This document shows positions 23,827 to 26,005 of a stretch of 26,005 bases of DNA, piece by piece. The stretch is from IMG/VR virus record IMGVR_UViG_3300037479_000144, positions 1 to 26,005 of that record, one strand, 5' to 3'. Below the pieces are notes generated by a model. The model was not told the DNA's origin. It ran no database searches and saw only the letters and a program-made list of their open reading frames with translations. Position numbers and translations under genes: made by a program. Every line of letters starts with the position of its first letter. The first letter of the stretch is position 1. Source of the DNA: a virus (lineage: Duplodnaviria; Caudoviricetes).

Positions 23827-24504
23827 TTAGTTAGCTGTTTCAGTTTTGATGTAAGCTGTGATATCCTCTTCAAATTTTCTACAGCTACTTTTAAAATGGT
23901 TTGTGGATTCCTCCAAACCCACTTGTAATTTTGTGAAAGCATCAGACGCGATAGCGTTTCTTCTTTGAAATGATGTATTAGCATGAGTCACTAATTCATT
24001 TACAGAGTTTTGAAACTGATTTGTAAACTCACTTTCCTGATAATCAATGTACTGTTTAATTACGCTTATAGCGGTATTAATTGCGTTGGTAGCATCCACA
24101 TTCATCTCTACCAACTGACCTACAATAGCCTTAACCTGAGATGTTTTCAAATCTAGGTTTAATTCTTCTACTTGTTCATATACAATGCTGCTAACTTCTT
24201 TGTATGTTAGTGGTGCTTTGTCTTCTTGTTTGGCTAGCTGATTGTTATTAGTTCCAGGTTGGTATATAACCATTTCTGCTGGTTCGTTTTCTTCTGGTAA
24301 AGCTGCTTTACTAGTGCTATCTACTGTCAATGCATTATTGCTGCTATTTACAATAGAATCAACTACTGCTTCTTTTTCATCTGATGTGATATTATTCACA
24401 TCTTTTGCTATCTCGATTAATTTCGCCTCTATAATATCTTTGGAAACATTGATACCCTTGCGGTATAGGCGATCGTAGATGTTCTTTACTATTTGCTTAT
24501 TCAT
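23827..24504 (-). CDS. Hypothetical coiled-coil protein, first gene of the leftward operon
   Basis: 225 aa; AGGA RBS upstream of ATG. Confidence 0.75.
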   Translation of the reverse strand: MNKQIVKNIYDRLYRKGINVSKDIIEAKLIEIAKDVNNITSDEKEAVVDSIVNSSNNALTVDSTSKAALPEENEPAEMVIYQPGTNNNQLAKQEDKAPLTYKEVSSIVYEQVEELNLDLKTSQVKAIVGQLVEMNVDATNAINTAISVIKQYIDYQESEFTNQFQNSVNELVTHANTSFQRRNAIASDAFTKLQVGLEESTNHFKSSCRKFEEDITAYIKTETAN

Positions 24505-24522
24505 CTGAATAATTCCTAAAAA

Positions 24523-24630
24523 CTTGCTTGACTTGCTTGACGAGTTTTTAAACTCGGTTCATAATATAAGGTTAACCATTTACACGCCGAATGTCAACCA
24601 TTTACACGCCATTTATTATCATTTATACTT
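24523..24630. promoter_or_regulatory. Divergent promoter region with direct-repeat operator candidates
   Basis: AACCATTTACACGCC at 24574-24588 and 24596-24610 (22-bp period) overlapping minus-strand TTGACA (24597-24592)-N17-TAACCT; also CTTGCTTGA x2 and hairpin CGAGTT-TTTA-AACTCG (24541-24556). Confidence 0.7.
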
Positions 24631-24690
24631 ATCAGCATCATTTTAAGTTTAAAATGGTGTATCAGTGATACAAACAATATTAGAGATATT

Positions 24691-24957
24691 ATGTCTAGAC
24701 AAAGATTAAACATTGAAATCAGCCTAAGTACATTAAGAAAACTTATACTTTGGGCATATACGAGGGATGAGAAAAAAAATTCCTGGGCCAGAACAGTTTT
24801 GATACTTAGATGCGATGAGAACGAAGAAAAGGTAAATAAATGGTTTGAGAACGAAGCGGGGCGGCTGGGTATAACAAAAGAAGAATTAGAAGATTATGTG
24901 CTGAAGAAAGAAGGATTCAACGTGGAGGAATACAAAAAAGAAATACGAGGAGAATAA
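24691..24957 (+). CDS. Small putative DNA-binding regulator (ribbon-helix-helix-like)
   Basis: 88 aa, divergent from the leftward operon; N-terminal RLNIEIS beta pattern followed by two predicted helices. Confidence 0.55.
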   Translation: MSRQRLNIEISLSTLRKLILWAYTRDEKKNSWARTVLILRCDENEEKVNKWFENEAGRLGITKEELEDYVLKKEGFNVEEYKKEIRGE

Positions 24958-24993
24958 AAAAACCCCCGCTACTCTATTGAGGCGGGGGTTTTT
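24956..24993. terminator. Bidirectional terminator between convergent genes
   Basis: A7-CCCCCGC-N13-GCGGGGG-T5; palindrome A follows at 24993-25008. Confidence 0.85.
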
Positions 24994-25008
24994 AGTAAAG
25001 CAGCTTAA

Positions 25009-25470
25009 TCACTTTGATCGTAATCTCTGTTTGCGGCACAAACACATGAAAACGACTATAGTGCAAATTTCCTCGTTGTAATCACTCTTAGTTGAAAAAG
25101 TGTAATTTATTTTCTCAAGCCAGTAGTAAATCGTAGAGTCCGGGACATTATCATCAATTTCTTTGATGATGTTATACAATTCCTCCGCTGTCAAATAATC
25201 ACTATTGAATTTATTTACTAATTGTTTAGCTTCTAAGAGTGTGGATTGATTGTATGCAGTTCTTGGTAGATACTTTTTGAATACTTTGTACTCCTGCAAA
25301 ATAGCTTTATTCAAATCCGATGCTGACACAATGGCACCGGATTTTTTCAATTCTTCTATTATCCGGCTAACTTGTAGAACGGTTTTGGGACCTAATACAG
25401 ACTCCACCAAATCTCTAATCTCACTATTCTTTTTCTTGCTCTTGCGGTTTCTACCAAAACTAATAGGCAT
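25009..25470 (-). CDS. Hypothetical basic protein, possibly DNA-binding
   Basis: 153 aa with GGGAG RBS; LTAEELYNIIKE...VPDSTIYYWLEK resembles a winged-HTH. Confidence 0.65.
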   Translation of the reverse strand: MPISFGRNRKSKKKNSEIRDLVESVLGPKTVLQVSRIIEELKKSGAIVSASDLNKAILQEYKVFKKYLPRTAYNQSTLLEAKQLVNKFNSDYLTAEELYNIIKEIDDNVPDSTIYYWLEKINYTFSTKSDYNEEICTIVVFMCLCRKQRLRSK

Positions 25471-25641
25471 AAATACTCCCTTGTATTATTTATTACAGAA
25501 CTTTCTAAAATTTAGGTATCAGTATATCCTAAACTGAAAAGTGTCTAATCTTAGCTGATTCAGTTGCGGGTTTTAGCGAGTTTAACTAATGTCAACTTAG
25601 CTGTTAAGTGGTCTGTCAATTGAATGTTCAGCTGAAATTAA

Positions 25642-25670
25642 TATATAACATAGAGTTAGATATATGTCAA
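25642..25670 (-). promoter_or_regulatory. Sigma70-type promoter
   Basis: TTGACA (25670-25665)-N17-TATATA (25647-25642) with TG extension. Confidence 0.55.
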
Positions 25671-25930
25671 TACTTTTAAAAAAGTTTTTTGAAACGATTG
25701 CACAGTAATGATTTCAATAGTACTGGTATCAAAAAACACTATTAAAAAATGAAAGTTTTTCAGTTTAGAAAAAATTTTTGTTCACTCAGCTAAGGTGCTG
25801 AACTAAACAGCTGTAATCCTTGCTGTGACTGGAAACTCGCCGGGAGCGAGTGTACTGAACTATTTTTTAAATTTTTTCATTTTCTGGTGTTTTGGGGTTT
25901 ATTTCCATAGTGGCGATTTTTTTCGAGGCC

Positions 25931-26000
25931 GCGACGAGTTCGGTAACGCGACGAGTTCGACGACGAGTTTAGTAACGCGACGAACTCGATGACGAGTTAC
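25931..26000. repeat. GC-rich iterated CGACGAGTT repeat with a 29-bp higher-order unit
   Basis: Core at 25932, 25949, 25961, 25978 (variant) and 25990 (variant); units 25932-25960 and 25961-25989. Confidence 0.85.
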
Positions 26001-26005
26001 TGCCG

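Noticed and set aside
1514-24988. Strict KOPS/Chi-like strand polarity of GAGGCGGG
   Set aside because: 17 plus versus 9 minus copies is only a mild skew within this window, so polarity cannot be claimed.
1628-25537. Short antisense or nested ORFs in the track (1628, 2449, 3206, 4005, 4386, 5534, 7069, 8659, 10817, 11550, 13275, 14002, 15259, 17395, 18488, 20418, 21315, 22389, 24242, 25250)
   Set aside because: They overlap well-supported genes or regulatory hairpins and show no recognisable motifs.
1-26005. tRNA, rRNA, integrase, reverse transcriptase/DGR, intron or intein
   Set aside because: No such motifs seen; polymerase, helicase and terminase ORFs are uninterrupted and of ordinary size.

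Overview
AT-rich segment of a tailed dsDNA phage or prophage. Its P2/Mu-like tail genes (TAC, tape measure, GpU-like, GpD-like, GpS-like, Gp37-like, FII-like tube) imply a contractile-tail myovirus. Six perfect HIP1 (GCGATCGC) sites suggest a cyanobacterial host. Layout: (1) 1-4921, minus strand: small and large terminase followed by tail-fibre/Gly-rich virion genes. (2) 5023-15393, plus strand: tail genes, head genes (DUF2213-like, cement, DUF2184-like major capsid), neck/tube genes and dCTP deaminase. (3) 15500-24504, minus strand: family B DNA polymerase, SNF2/HARP-like helicase, an unknown 408-aa protein, and an operon of coiled-coil and membrane proteins ending in a membrane-anchored FtsK/HerA-like ATPase. 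(4) a divergent small regulator, a 153-aa gene and a repeat-containing non-coding end. The most striking unexplained signals are at DNA level: a G-rich 8-mer GAGGCGGG seen 26 times by eye, in several reading frames and paired into terminator hairpins; a 13-15 bp palindrome TWAAGCWGCTTWA sitting at nine stop codons; and a repeated palindrome-terminator-promoter cassette. Portal, sheath, baseplate wedge, integrase and primase were not recognised in the window. All counts were made by eye and protein family calls come from motif recognition, not database searches.
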